Source: Mustelus asterias (Eukaryota). Taken from it: a stretch of 64,000 nucleotides of DNA. The notes beneath the pieces were generated by a model that had not been told where the DNA came from, ran no database searches, and worked only from the letters and a program-made list of their open reading frames with translations. Location of the stretch: contig NW_027590629.1 of assembly GCF_964213995.1 (NCBI RefSeq), positions 62,001-126,000 of the forward strand, in the 5' to 3' direction. The position numbers and the translations under genes are program-made. Shown one piece after another: positions 25,643 through 37,900 of this stretch. How positions within the stretch are numbered: position 1 is the first letter of the stretch; each line of letters begins with the position of its first letter.

Positions 25643-28600
25643 ACATTTCTTTCAAATCTCCGGAATCCGCAGTAGTTTGCACTATTCATTCTCTGGATTT
25701 GAGCACCACTGACAAAGTCAGCATTAATTGCCCATCCTGAGAAGGCGTTTGTGAACCATCTTTTTGAAACAAATAGGCCCTCTGGGCGGTTTTATTTGTG
25801 TTTGACTTTCTGCAGAAATTTTGAAACACCTAAATGGCTCTTTCAGCAATTTCAGAGACACTTCAGAGTCAACTTCATCACTGTGGAACTGGAGTCACAT
25901 GTAGAAGAGATAGAGTAAACATAGATTCTTATTCATTCGTGGGACTTGGGTGTCACTGGCTAGCCAGCATTTGGTGCCCATCCCTAGTTGCCCTTGGGGG
26001 GAAGTTGAGAGGTAACCACATTGCTGTGACTCGGGAGTCACGTGTAGGTCAGACAAGCTAAGGACGGCAGATTTCTTTCCCTGAAGGGACATTAGTGAAC
26101 CAGATGCTGTTTTACAACAATCAACAATGGTCCCAGTCATCAATAGATTCTTAGTTCCAGATATTATTTATTGAATTCAAATTCCACCATCTGCCGTGGC
26201 GGGATTGAATCCAGATCGTCAGAAGATAGCTGAACATTAAGTACATCGAAACCAGGAGCCGGAGAAGGCCATTCGAGCCTGATCCGTCATTCATCATGAT
26301 CATGGATGATTTCCTATCTAAAGGCCACATCATTGCATTCTGTCCACACCCCTTGATAGCATTAAAATCTAATCACAAACCTATTTATTTCTTGAATATA
26401 TGCAGTGATATGGCATCCATAGCCTTCTGTGCTGGATCACTCCGCATGTTTACTAGGCTCTGAAGCGAAGAGAACTTTCCTCATTTCTGTCCGAAATTGG
26501 CTACCCTGTCTCTTGAAGCTTCATCCCTTGTTTGAAACTCCCAAACCAGCGAAAGTATCCTTCCCTCACCTAGCCTGCCCAGCTCTGTTAGAAATCAGTT
26601 AATTATTTATACGTTTATTTATTATTAATGTCACAAGTAGGCATATATTGACAATGCAAAACGATATTGGGAAAATGCCCTGAGGCCACAGTCCAGCGCC
26701 TGTTCGAGTACACTGAGGGAAAATTTAGCATGGCCAATGCACCTAACCAGCACGTCTTTCCGACTGTGAGAGGAAACCGGTGCACCCGAAGGAAACCCAC
26801 GCAGACATGGGGACAATGTGCAGACAGTGGCCCAAGCTGGAAATCGAATCTGAGTTCCTGGCGCTAGCCACTGTGCTGCAGTGCCACCCTCATTTTATAT
26901 GTTTAATATGTTTCAATCACAAATTTATATGTTTCACCCAGATCCCCTTTCATTCTTCCAAATTCAAGTGAATCCATGTGGTGGAGATGCCAGTGTTGAA
27001 CTGCGATGAGTACGGTAAGAAGTCTCACAACACCAGGTTAAAATGCAGCAGGTTTATTTGGAATCACGAGCTTTCGGATGCGCCGCTCCTTCATTAGATC
27101 AGTCAAGTGAATACAGGCCCAACCGAATCAGTCTCGCCTCCTAGGACAGTCCCACCAATTCCGGTATCAGTTGTACTCCCCACAGACCCTTTCTTATTTA
27201 GCGCGATCAGAACTACACGCACTACACCGGGCGTGGTCCTATGAAGGGCCAGCATAACTGCAATAAGACTTCCCTAATTCCGAACTCAAATCTTCGTGCA
27301 AAGAAGGCCTTCCTAATTGCTTTCTGTACATGCCTCTCCAATTTCATTGACTGGTGGACAAGGACACATAGATCCATTTGTACATCGCACTTCCTAATAT
27401 ATGTTGCTTTCTGCTTTATACACCAGTATATAACTGCACAGTTAGTTACATTTACTGCATCTGCCACTTGTTCACTCATTCACTCAACTTGTCCAGATCA
27501 CATTGAAGCCTCATTTCATCCTCCGCACAGCTCATACTTCCACCCAGTTATGTATCGCCAACCCTTTTGAACATGTTAATTTGATTCCCTCATCCAGATC
27601 CCACAGTTATACAGCGCCAAGGACCGGCTTGGGTCACTGTCTGTACAGAGTCTGCACGTTCTCCCCATGTCGATATGGCTTTCTTCCGGGTGTTCCGGTT
27701 TCCTCCCACAGTCCGAAAGACATTCTGGCTGGGTGCATTGGTCATGCTTAATTCTCCCTCAGTGTACACAAACAGGGGCTGGAATGTGACGACTCGGGGA
27801 TTTTCACAGTAGCTTCATTGCAGTGATAACATAAGCCTATTTGTGACTAATGAATAAATTTAAAAAGTTGGCACCCTGGGCAACCCCACTATTCGCTGAC
27901 TGCCACTCGGAAAAAAGACCCATTTATTTCCACTCTCTTGCTTCTTATCTGTCAACGAATTCTATACCTATGCCAATACTTTACTCCCCATCTCGCTTGC
28001 TTTATTTTGGCCTCCTAATAATTTATGAAGAACCATCTTAAATGTCTTCTTGAAGTGCAAATACACCATGTACACTGGTCCCACCTTGCCTATCCCATTA
28101 TTTGCATTCTCAAAGAACGCAAGTAAGTTTGTTAAGAATGGCGTCTTTATTAAGCCCATGCTGGGTTTATCAAATTCCGTTAATGCTTTCCAAATATTTT
28201 GCTGTCATGTCTTATATAAGTTTCAAACAACTTCGGTGATACTAAAGTCAGGCTGTAATTCATCATTTTTACTCTCCCGTCCTTTGTATACATTGAGGTG
28301 ACATTTGTCACCCTCCAATCTGTAGGAACTGTTCCAGAGTTTATAGAATTTTAGAAGATGACCACCAATGCATCCAATATTTCCAGGGTCATTTCCTTTC
28401 ATACTCTGGGATGTAGATTATCAGGCCCGAGTGACTTATTAGCATTTAACCCCATTAATTTCCCCAGCATGATTCTCCTACTAATACTGGTTTTCTACAA
28501 TGCCGTCTTCCAACTCGCCCCTTAGTTCCCTATCATTTCTGGGAGGATAGTTGTGTCCTCTTTTATGAAGGTGATGTCAAACTTTGTGTTCGATTCATCC

Positions 28601-28762
28601 AACATTTCTTTGTTCCCCATTATAATTTCCCTGGATTCTTGCTGTAAGGTACCTACACTTGTCTTGACTAATCTTCATCTCTTCAAATATTCATATAAAC
28701 TTTTACAATTAGTTTCTATGTTCCCTTCAATTTTATTCTCATACTCTATTTTCCTCCTGGAT

Positions 28763-31315
28763 AATAAGAACATAAGAACATAAGAAATAGGAGCAGGAGT
28801 AGGCCATCTAGCCCCTCGAGCCTGCCCCGCCATTCAATAAGATCATGGCTGATCTGACGTGGATCAGTACCACTTACCCGCCTGATCCCCATAACCCTTA
28901 ATTCCCTTACCGATCAGGAATCCATCCATCCGCGCTTTAAACATATTCAGCGAGGTAGCCTCCACCACCTCAGTGGGCAGAGAATTCCAGAGATTCACCA
29001 CCCTCTGGGAGAAGAAGTTCCTCCTCAACTCTGTCTTAAACCGACCCCCCTTTATTTTGAGGCTGTGTCCTCTAGTTTTAACTTCCTTACTAAGTGGAAA
29101 GAATCTCTCCGCCTCCACCCTATCCAGCCCCCGCATTATCTTATAAGTCTCCATAAGATCCCCCCTCATCCTTCTAAACTCCAACGAGTACAAACCCAAT
29201 CTCCTCAGCCTCTCCTCATAATCCAAACCCCTCCTCTCCGGTATCAACCTGGTGAACCGTCTCTGCACTCCCTCCAATGCCAATATATCCTTCCTCATAT
29301 AAGGGGACCAATACTGCACACAGTATTCCAGCTGCGGCCTCACCAATGCCCTGTACAGGTGCATCAAGACATCCCTGCTTTTATATTCTATCCCCCTCGC
29401 AATATAGGCCAACATCCCATTTGCCTTCTTGATCACCTGTTGTACCTGCAGACTGGGCTTTTGCGTCTCATGCACAAGGACCCCCAGGTCCCTTTGCACG
29501 GTAGCATATTTTAATTTGTTTCCATTGAGATAGTAATCCCATTTGGTATTATTTCCTCCAAAGTGTATAACCTCGCATTTCTCAACGTTATACTTCATTT
29601 GCCATATCCTCGCCCACTCACTCAGCCTGTCCAAATCTCTCTGCAGATCTTCTCCGTCCTCCACACGATTCACTTTTCCACTTATCTTTGTGTCGTCTGC
29701 AAACTTCGTTACCCTACACTCCGTCCCCTCCTCCAGATCATCTATATAAATGGTAAACAGTTGCGGCCCGAGTACCGATCCCTGCGGCACGCCACTAGTT
29801 ACCTTCCTCCAACCGGAAAAACACCCATTTATTCCGACTCTTTGCTTCCTGTCGGATAGCCAGTCCCCAATCCACTTTAACACACTACCCCCAACTCCGT
29901 GTGCCCTAATCTTCTTCAGCAGCCTTTTATGGGGCACCTTATCAAACGCCTTTTGGAAATCCAAAAACACCGCATCCACCGGTTCTCCTCCATCAACCGC
30001 CCTCGTCACATCTTCATAAAAATCCAACATGTTCGTCAAGCACGACTTTCCCCTCATGAATCCATGCTGCGTCTGATTGATCGAACCATTTCTATCCAGA
30101 TGCCCTGCTATCTCCTCTTTAATAATGGATTCCAGCATTTTCCCTACTACAGACGTTAAGCTGACCGGCCTATAGTTACCCGCCTTTTGTCTCCTTCCTT
30201 TTTTAAACAGCGGCGTAACATTAGCCGTTTTCCAATCAACCGGCACTACCCCAGAATGCAACGAGTTTTGATAAATAATCACTAACGCCTCCACTATTAC
30301 CTCTGACATTTCTTTCAATACCCTGGGATGCATTCCATCCGGACCCGGGGACTTGTCCACCTTCAGTCCCATTAGTCTACCCAGCACTGCCTCTCTGGTA
30401 ACATTAATTGTATTAAGTATTTCTCCTGCTGCCAACCCTCTATCGTTAATATTTGGCAAACTATTTGTGTCCTCCGCCGTGAAAACCGACACAAAAAGCT
30501 TATTTAAAGACTCAGCCATATCCTCATTTCCCACTATTAACTCCCCCCTCTCGTCCTCCAAGGGTCCAACATTCACTCTAGCCACTCTATTCCTTTTTAT
30601 ATATTTATAAAAACTTTTACTATCATTTTTTATATTAATTGCTAGCCTAGCTTCATAGTCTATCCTTCCTTTCTTTATCGCTTTCTTAGTCTCTCTTTGT
30701 TGTTTCTTAAATTTTTCCCAATCACTTGTTTCTCCACTATTTTTGGCCACTCTGTACGCAGCTGTTTTTATTTTAATACTCTCCTTTATTTCCTTCGTTA
30801 TCCACGGCTGGTTCTCCCTTTTCTTACAATCCTTGTTTTTTGCTGGAATATATTTTTGCTGAGAACTGAAAAGGATCTCCTTAAAAATCCTCCACTGTTC
30901 CTCAGCTATCCTACCTGCCAGCCTGCTCTCCCAGTCTACCTTAGCCAATTCATCCCTCATCCTATCATATTTCCCTCTGTTCAAACAGAGGACACTGGTT
31001 TGAGACCAAACTTTCTCCTCTTCCATCTGAATCAGAAATTCGACCATATTGTGGTCACTAGACCCAAGAGGGTCCTTCACAATAAGATCCTTAATTCTAC
31101 CTACCTCGTTACACAATACCAGATCCAAAATAGCTCGTTCCCTCGTCGGTTCCGTAACATGCTGTTCAAGGAAACTATCCCGACAGCATTCTAAGAACTC
31201 TTCCTCCATTCCACCCTTACCGACTTGAGTCTGCCAGTCAATGTGCATGTTGAAGTCCCCCATGATTATTGCCGTTCCGTTTTTACACGCATCCCTTATC
31301 TGCTTGTTTATAGCT
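28763..31315 (-). mobile_element. Young CR1 LINE, 5'-truncated
   Basis: Uninterrupted ORF2, 3' UTR and (TTCTTATG)n tail at 28763-28790. Confidence 0.97.
28864..31263 (-). CDS. CR1 ORF2 fragment: C-terminal part of APE endonuclease plus complete reverse transcriptase (799 aa)
   Basis: GDFN and SDH endonuclease motifs; KSPGPDG, NYRPVSLTS, QHGF, DFQKAFDKV, GVPQGSVLGP, FADD; N-terminal endonuclease half missing. Confidence 0.95.
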   Translation of the reverse strand: MGDFNMHIDWQTQVGKGGMEEEFLECCRDSFLEQHVTEPTRERAILDLVLCNEVGRIKDLIVKDPLGSSDHNMVEFLIQMEEEKVWSQTSVLCLNRGKYDRMRDELAKVDWESRLAGRIAEEQWRIFKEILFSSQQKYIPAKNKDCKKRENQPWITKEIKESIKIKTAAYRVAKNSGETSDWEKFKKQQRETKKAIKKGRIDYEARLAINIKNDSKSFYKYIKRNRVARVNVGPLEDERGELIVGNEDMAESLNKLFVSVFTAEDTNSLPNINDRGLAAGEILNTINVTREAVLGRLMGLKVDKSPGPDGMHPRVLKEMSEVIVEALVIIYQNSLHSGVVPVDWKTANVTPLFKKGRRQKAGNYRPVSLTSVVGKMLESIIKEEIAGHLDRNGSINQTQHGFMRGKSCLTNMLDFYEDVTRAVDGGEPVDAVFLDFQKAFDKVPHKRLLKKIRAHGVGGSVLKWIGDWLSDRKQRVGINGCFSGWRKVTSGVPQGSVLGPQLFTIYIDDLEEGTECRVTKFADDTKISGKVNRVEDGEDLQRDLDRLSEWARIWQMKYNVEKCEVIHFGGNNTKWDYYLNGNKLKYATVQRDLGVLVHETQKPSLQVQQVIKKANGMLAYIARGIEYKSRDVLMHLYRALVRPQLEYCVQYWSPYMRKDILALEGVQRRFTRLIPERRGLDYEERLRRLGLYSLEFRRMRGDLMETYKIMRGLDRVEAERFFPLSKEVKTRGHSLKIKGGRFKTELRRNFFSQRVVNLWNSLPTEVVEATSLNMFKARMDGFLIGKGIKGYGDQAGKWY

Positions 31316-31959
31316 TTGGTCTTCTTTTGTTGAATTCTAAAACGGTTCTAAACCTCAGGCTTGTTGCTTCTTCTGGTAAATTTTACATATTTTAGAACAA
31401 AGAAATAAAATTTCCTCTCGTGAAAGACATTCGAGAAGAAGATGAGCTTTGACGAAGTATGATGTTCACAGTAACTTCATGACAGTGTGAATGTAAGCCT
31501 ACATGTGACTAAGAAATAAACTTTAAACCTTTAAACTTTAATTGCACACGATGTTTGTTTCAGCTTAATCAATTAATTGAATTGAAATTCCCCACCTGGG
31601 GGAACCTTGAGGTAAATGCTCTGGGGAATTGGAATTACTGTCCCAGAGCATTTACCTCAAGGTTCTGGAATGCTAGCTTAATAATGACATTGCTATACTA
31701 CCCCGCAGGCAGGAATATCATCACTTCTAATAATGGAATAACTGAACATTCAGCACTGAGTCACAGGTTGGATCACGTGCTCAGGTGGATGTTGTGGGAA
31801 TTGAACACATTACCATTTGACTCAAAAATTATGTTGTTTTCACTGAGATTAGACTGTTAACTGACTACAGTTTGTGTCTTGACATGATGACATTTAGCTC
31901 AGTGCGCCTAAAGGCTGAGATCTGTGTCCAATATTATACGATACATTTATACATTATAC

Positions 31960-33960
31960 ATTGATACATTCGGTCGTTTCTCTCGTTATGCTACATTAGG
32001 CCATCTCTCTATTTATGCTACAGTTGGTCCGCTCAATTATTACTAGAGTAGACCACGGATCTGATTATATTACATCTGATCCCATCTCCTTTTATATTAC
32101 ACAGGATTTGTCTCTTTACATTGCATCAGAGACTGTCTCTGTTAATTCAACGCACGATCATGTGTATGTTGCCTGGCATTTAATTGTCAGAAGCAACTCT
32201 TCTCCTCGCCTTGAATCTTATTTTAACAGAATGGCAATGACGAATGGGAATCCATGTAAAAGTTCCATCAATTCCTAAACTGACATCGCAAAACACGTGA
32301 GGTAGAAGGTGTTATAGAGCTTAACGTTGATCACAGAATCCTACAGTGTGGAAGGACGCCATTCAGCCCATCGAGCCTGCACCGACCACAATCCCACTCA
32401 GCCCTATCCCCATGACCCCATGCATTTACCCTAACTAGCCCTTCTGAACTAAGAGACAATTTAACCATCCGGGGATGCAGCAGGATACAGATTAGTTGGA
32501 GACTTGGGCGGAAAGATGGCAGATGGAGTTTAATCCGGACAAATATGAGGTAATGCATTTTGAAAGGTCCAATAGAGACAGGAAATATACAGTAAATGGC
32601 AGAACCCTTAAGAGTATTGATAGACATAGGGATCTGGGTGTACAGGTACAAAGGTCACTGAAAGTCGCAATGCAGGTGGAGAAGGTAGTCAAGAAGGCAT
32701 ACGGCATGCTTGCCTTCATCAGCCGAGGTATTGAGTTTAAAAATGGGCAAGTCATGTTGCAGCTTTATAGAACCTTAGTTAGATCGCACTTGGAATGTAG
32801 TGTTCAATTCTGGTCACCACACTACCAGAAGGATGTGGAGGCTTTGGAGAGGGTACAGAAAAGATTTCCCAGGATGTTGCCTGGTATGGAGGGCATGAGC
32901 TATGAGGCGAGGTTGGAGAAACTTGGTTTGTTCTCACTGGAGCGACGGAGGTTGAGGGGAGACCTGATTGAAGTCTACAAGATTATAAGAGGCATGGATA
33001 GAGTTGATAGTCAGAAACTTTTTCCCAGGGTGGATGAGTCGATTACCAGGGTTTAAGGTGAAAGGGGCAAGGATTAAAGGAGATGTACGAGGCAGATTTT
33101 TTACACAGAGTAGTGGTGCCTGGAAGTTGTTTCCGGGGGAGGTAGTGGAAGCGGACACGGTAGTGACTTTTAAGGGGCTTCTTGACAAGTACATGAATAG
33201 GATGGGAATAGAGGGATATGGTCCCCGGAAGGGTCGGGGGCTTTAGTTCAGTTGGGCAGCATGGTTGGTGCAGGCTTGAAGGGCCGAATGGCTTGCTCCT
33301 GTGCTGTAATTTTCTTTGTTCTTTAACACCAATCCACCTAACCCACACATCTTTGCACTGTGGGAGGAAACCGGAAAAAACCCACCCAGACACGGGGAGA
33401 ATGTGCAAACCCCACACAGACAGTGACCCAAGCCGGGAAACGAACCCGAATCCTTGGCTCTGTGAGGCAGCAGGGCTAATCACTTTGCCACCGTGCGCTG
33501 CACTATCAGAACAGCTGAGCTTTGAGTTTGTTTCCTTTAGAATCGAGCAGGTTATGGGAGATTTAGTACAGAAATTCAAAGTTATGTTTGGGAAATGTTT
33601 TACTCATTTGGAAGAAACTGTTATCCACTGGCAAGAGGACCAGTATACAGAAGGCACTTGCTTACATTACACCAGTGCATAATTCTATTTATGTTGTACC
33701 ATAACCTGTCATTAATTATATGACAGTAGACACTGTTTCTCTTTATACGCATCCAGTCATTTCTCTCGTTATGCTACACGGAGCCATCTCTCTATTTATG
33801 CTGCATTCGATCCTCTCAATTAGTCCGAGAGTAGACCACGGATTTGATTATATTACATTGGGTCCCATCTATTTTTATGTTAAACAGGATTTGTCTCTTT
33901 ACATTACATCAGAGGCTATCTCTATTAATCCAACATGCGACTATGAATATGTTGCCTGTC
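31960..33960 (+). repeat. ~200-bp direct duplication within minisatellite-derived DNA (31975-32175 ~ 33760-33960)
   Basis: Shared TCTCTCGTTATGCTACA..GAGTAGACCACGGAT..CAGGATTTGTCTCTTTACATT..TATGTTGCCTG. Confidence 0.8.
32330..33500 (-). mobile_element. HE1-like SINE split by a + strand CR1 3' fragment (~32470-33325)
   Basis: SINE tail at 32330-32468, head at 33330-33500; CR1 ORF 32496-33056 (WQMEFN, QRDLG-like, LVRSHLE). Confidence 0.9.
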
Positions 33961-34758
33961 GAGATATTGTCAATCACGATATAATATGGATGTGCCTGTC
34001 CGATATCAATCATTCTTGTCTGGAAGAGTAGGTTTATGTTTTACTAATATCTGTAAGTAAATGTGATAAACGTCTAATTGCTCTGCTATCGTGTGGGTAA
34101 TATTTAGCGTGAACGTTATAACAATTTCTCAGTGATTCACTGACATTGGGAGACAAGTCAATATTTGAACATACGTGCAGTGTTCGTTGCAATACCTTCA
34201 AGCAACCTCCATTGTGATGCATTTTATTAGTTGAATATTGTGCTGCATTGTGTCAATTTGACACAGACTTTAGCGATAAAGATTGATTCACCTGTCTTAT
34301 TTATAGCTTCAACTGATACACTGACTATGAAACAGAATTGTGTACACGCAATATCGCCAGATGGGCTCCCACAGGCTAAATGTATCCAATCATTAATTGC
34401 TCATCTGTTTCAGAGAGAAATAAAACGAAATAGCCACAGATCAAGTGTTCACAGTTACGTTATGTTTGAATAGAATTTTTAAAATATATTTTCTGCAATT
34501 TGTATTGTTATCTTCGAAACTATTTTTCAGTTTGGGATGTGTTCATCTGTCTAGGCCCGAAGCTTTGTTATTCCCTCGCTAAATCTCCTTATCTTACTTT
34601 CCTCGTCAAAATCAATCCATAAAGCTGTCCCTTTATTGGCCATCCTTTCAGTAATCTGTTCAAATATCTCGTTGCTCAAAAACAAGATGCTGTGGATTCA
34701 TGGGATCTAGAAAAAAAATGCCAGAAACACTCAGCAGATCATTCATCATAAGTGGAAT

Positions 34759-34900
34759 NNNNNNNNNNNNNNNNNNNNNNNNNNNNNNNNNNNNNNNNNN
34801 NNNNNNNNNNNNNNNNNNNNNNNNNNNNNNNNNNNNNNNNNNNNNNNNNNNNNNNNNNNNNNNNNNNNNNNNNNNNNNNNNNNNNNNNNNNNNNNNNNNN
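34759..34900. other. Assembly gap (142 N)
   Basis: Run of n. Confidence 1.
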
Positions 34901-37900
34901 CAGTCGTCTACAGCAATGCCTAGGCCATGCCTCTTTATATACTGCATGTGACTCATTTGAATCATTATTGCAATAGATCTTATATATGTTTACAATACAT
35001 AATATGCCGCTTCATTTATTATTACATGAAGACATACCGTGATAAATGCTACAAATCATCATTTCTGAACTTTTGTTCAGTCAAGAGGCCATTTCTGTTA
35101 CATTCGTCTCCATCTCAGATACATTGTGCTCGGCCCTATGTCATGCACTACTGAACGCATCCGTGCCTCATTTTGTATTACTTTGGGTCCTAATAATAAA
35201 GCCAACACTGTCTCAGCAATTGGTTTTCCATAAAATGCGTCTCACAGATGGAAAGAAAGAAGTGCCAAGCGAGATGAAAAGATGGATATTAGCTTAAAAA
35301 ATGTAATATATTGTGTCGATGAATGGGGTTCGAAGAATGCGTTTCGTCTTGTTAATAACTATTAGGTGTTGCGGAGAATATCTAATTGCTCTCGTATTGT
35401 CTGCAATATTTTGTAGAAAGCTTGGAATGAAACTTGTAACATCCGCTTGTTCAAAAGCGATTGAGGAACATAATAAACGTATGCTACGTTGCACTGCAAA
35501 TAGACACTAAAGGGCAATTCAGCATGGCCACTCCAACTAACCTGTACATCTTTGGACTATAGGAGGAAAGCGGTAAAGCTGGAGGAAACCCACGCACACA
35601 CGGGGTGAATGTGCAAACACCACAGTTACACAAGGCTTAAATGGAACCTGTGTCCGTAACAGTGTGAGGTACCACTGCTAACCACTGTGTAAATAATTGC
35701 GATTACTTTTAAACATCATATGGTAATTTATTCAGTATTTACTTACACATTCTATCTCTCAGTCAATGCCTAAAGTGAATGAATTGCCCTGGACGCTCTT
35801 GAATGTGATGCAGAGCTGGCCATTCGGCTGCCAAGGCACTGCATCTTTCAAATGACTCACTGAACTTCTCTCCTCTCTTTCTCAGCCTCAGGCTCAGGCT
35901 GCACCTAAATCAGGTAACTTTTCTTCTCTCTCAGTCTCCATTAACTCACTTACACAGGTACCCAGGAGACGGATCTGGCGACTAAAAGGTGTTTATTTCT
36001 TTTGCTTAAGGCACCTTGTGATTGAAAAGATAAAGCACAAAAATCTCATGAGAGGAAAATTCAGTGCCGGAAACAAACCAGTTCACTCACTTAACCTCTC
36101 TCCTCGATTTCTCTCACACAGCACATAACACACTTAAACTTTATATTTTAGAACACCTCTGCGGGAAAATAAAATGTTGCTTTAATTTTCCCTCTTTACT
36201 CTCAGTGATAATCTTCGATCCATCTTCACTTCAATTAATCTATTTAAACTCCAAATATGATCATTTTCTTGATTCATTAAAATGGCAATGAAAGTGGATA
36301 CAATGCTGAGACCGGCAGCAATCTGTGTGGTTGTTCTTGATGCTGTCAGAGTGAGTTCACCCTCACAGGCAGGAAGACTGTTCACGGTGATAACATCAAA
36401 CTGGCCCCGGTTGTTTCACTCTCAGGTAACACAACTTCCTGTTTCTCTGCTGCCGGTTCCAAACCGCACATCTCACTTCTGAGCAGAAAATAAATCCATG
36501 GACCACAATCTGGTGAGAACATCTGTCAATATGGCCTTTATCTGTACACAGAGTCAGGGCAGAGTCACACAGATCACATTGCGGTGATATTTACAAATGA
36601 GCCTGGTGTGATCTGCTTAGAGTTTCCATTCCCGGACATAACTCGATGGTCAGTGGATTAGTCACTGAGCTCCCCCGGGTTCCGTGAAGGAAGGGAATGA
36701 TAGCTGTTATCTCGCATTGTTTGATCATTTTCTCTCCATCTGCTTTTTATTTTTTGTTCCTCAGCTTTTATCGTCAGCAACCTGTTTTTCTTTCTGCTAA
36801 CTCTCCCGGTGTCTCTGTCTATCTCCTATCTTTTGAACACTTTTATTAATATTCATAATCATGAAGTTTTGAGTGGGGTAATTAAAGAGAGAATCTTTCA
36901 ATTGGGAGGACGGTCAGCAACCAATGGGCACAGATTTATTTTATTGAGCAGGGAGACAGAAATATAATTGTTTACTTTTACACAAGAGTTGTTATGAACT
37001 GGAATGAACAGCTTGAAAGGGTGATCGAATCAGATTTCACAGTAACTTTAGAAAATAAATAAGATATATCCTTCATGGGGTTAAAATTTGAAGGATTTTC
37101 AAGAATGGGACCAGTTTAATGGTTCATCTATGTAATTGTCCTCGCATCCTTTTTGTGTCTCTCCCTGCCCTTCATTGAGACTCAATAGAATGCAATATTT
37201 ATACAGCTTTCGTCTTGTTTTAAGATAAGAGTATCACTTTGAACAAATTAGCATCGGATCGATTGTTTAGGAAAAGCACAATTACCCTTAATATTTATTG
37301 CACTGTTCTTTTTTCCTCCAATGAAGTTTTCATATTTAGACTTTTCAGTCATCGTATGTCCTAATTCTGTCTGTAAATGTGGAACTGTTTGTAGGAAAGA
37401 GAAGAAACAGATTACTTTCTGTTCCTCTGACAGATTCACCATTGTTACCTCAGATAACAGAAATTTATGGAGCCCGCCACGATTGTCCCCCTTGGGAATA
37501 ACAGCTCTTAGTCAGGTCGAGTCAGTCACTCCTGCGGTCGTCATCGGGTTTTCAATCCGTGTTTGCCACACAAATCCCTACGAGACTCGTCATGACAAAG
37601 AAACCTGCGCTAAGGCCCTAGAAATGATTGCTTCCTTATATCAGTTCCCAGTCCGACTCCGGGCCCAGCTGTCTCTGTTAGTGATACACTGGAGCCGGTC
37701 ATTCAAATTATAATATTCTAATTCTCCATGATTATTTCTGGAAACCGTTAGCCAATCAGTTGTGAATTAGAACCTATATCTGATTTTGTTTCATTTGACA
37801 CCTGCCGGTTATTATTGGACAAATTACTTTTTTCGAGAAAGATCACACGGTCAAAAATGTTTATTTAAATGTTATATCATGTTCTGTCTCTCTTATTCCC

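Larger units (their letters stand above)
13740..25920 (+). repeat. Segmental duplication, copy 2
   Basis: See copy 1; expanded by copy-specific CR1 (16860-19480), SINEs and a tRNA-Arg/HE1 insertion. Confidence 0.85.
26230..31390 (-). mobile_element. Old fragmented CR1 LINE hosting SINEs (26615-26890, 27610-27860), a Penelope terminal (26975-27105) and the young CR1
   Basis: - strand decayed RT peptides at 27222-27479 and 27968-28159. Confidence 0.7.

Noticed and set aside
26975-27105. Additional hammerhead ribozyme
   Set aside because: Penelope terminal is real but the core is mutated (CUAAUGA), so it is not called functional
29065-31194. Several long + strand ORFs
   Set aside because: Antisense shadows of the CR1 ORF2 on the - strand
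34660-34976. ORFs containing X runs
   Set aside because: Artefacts of the N gap
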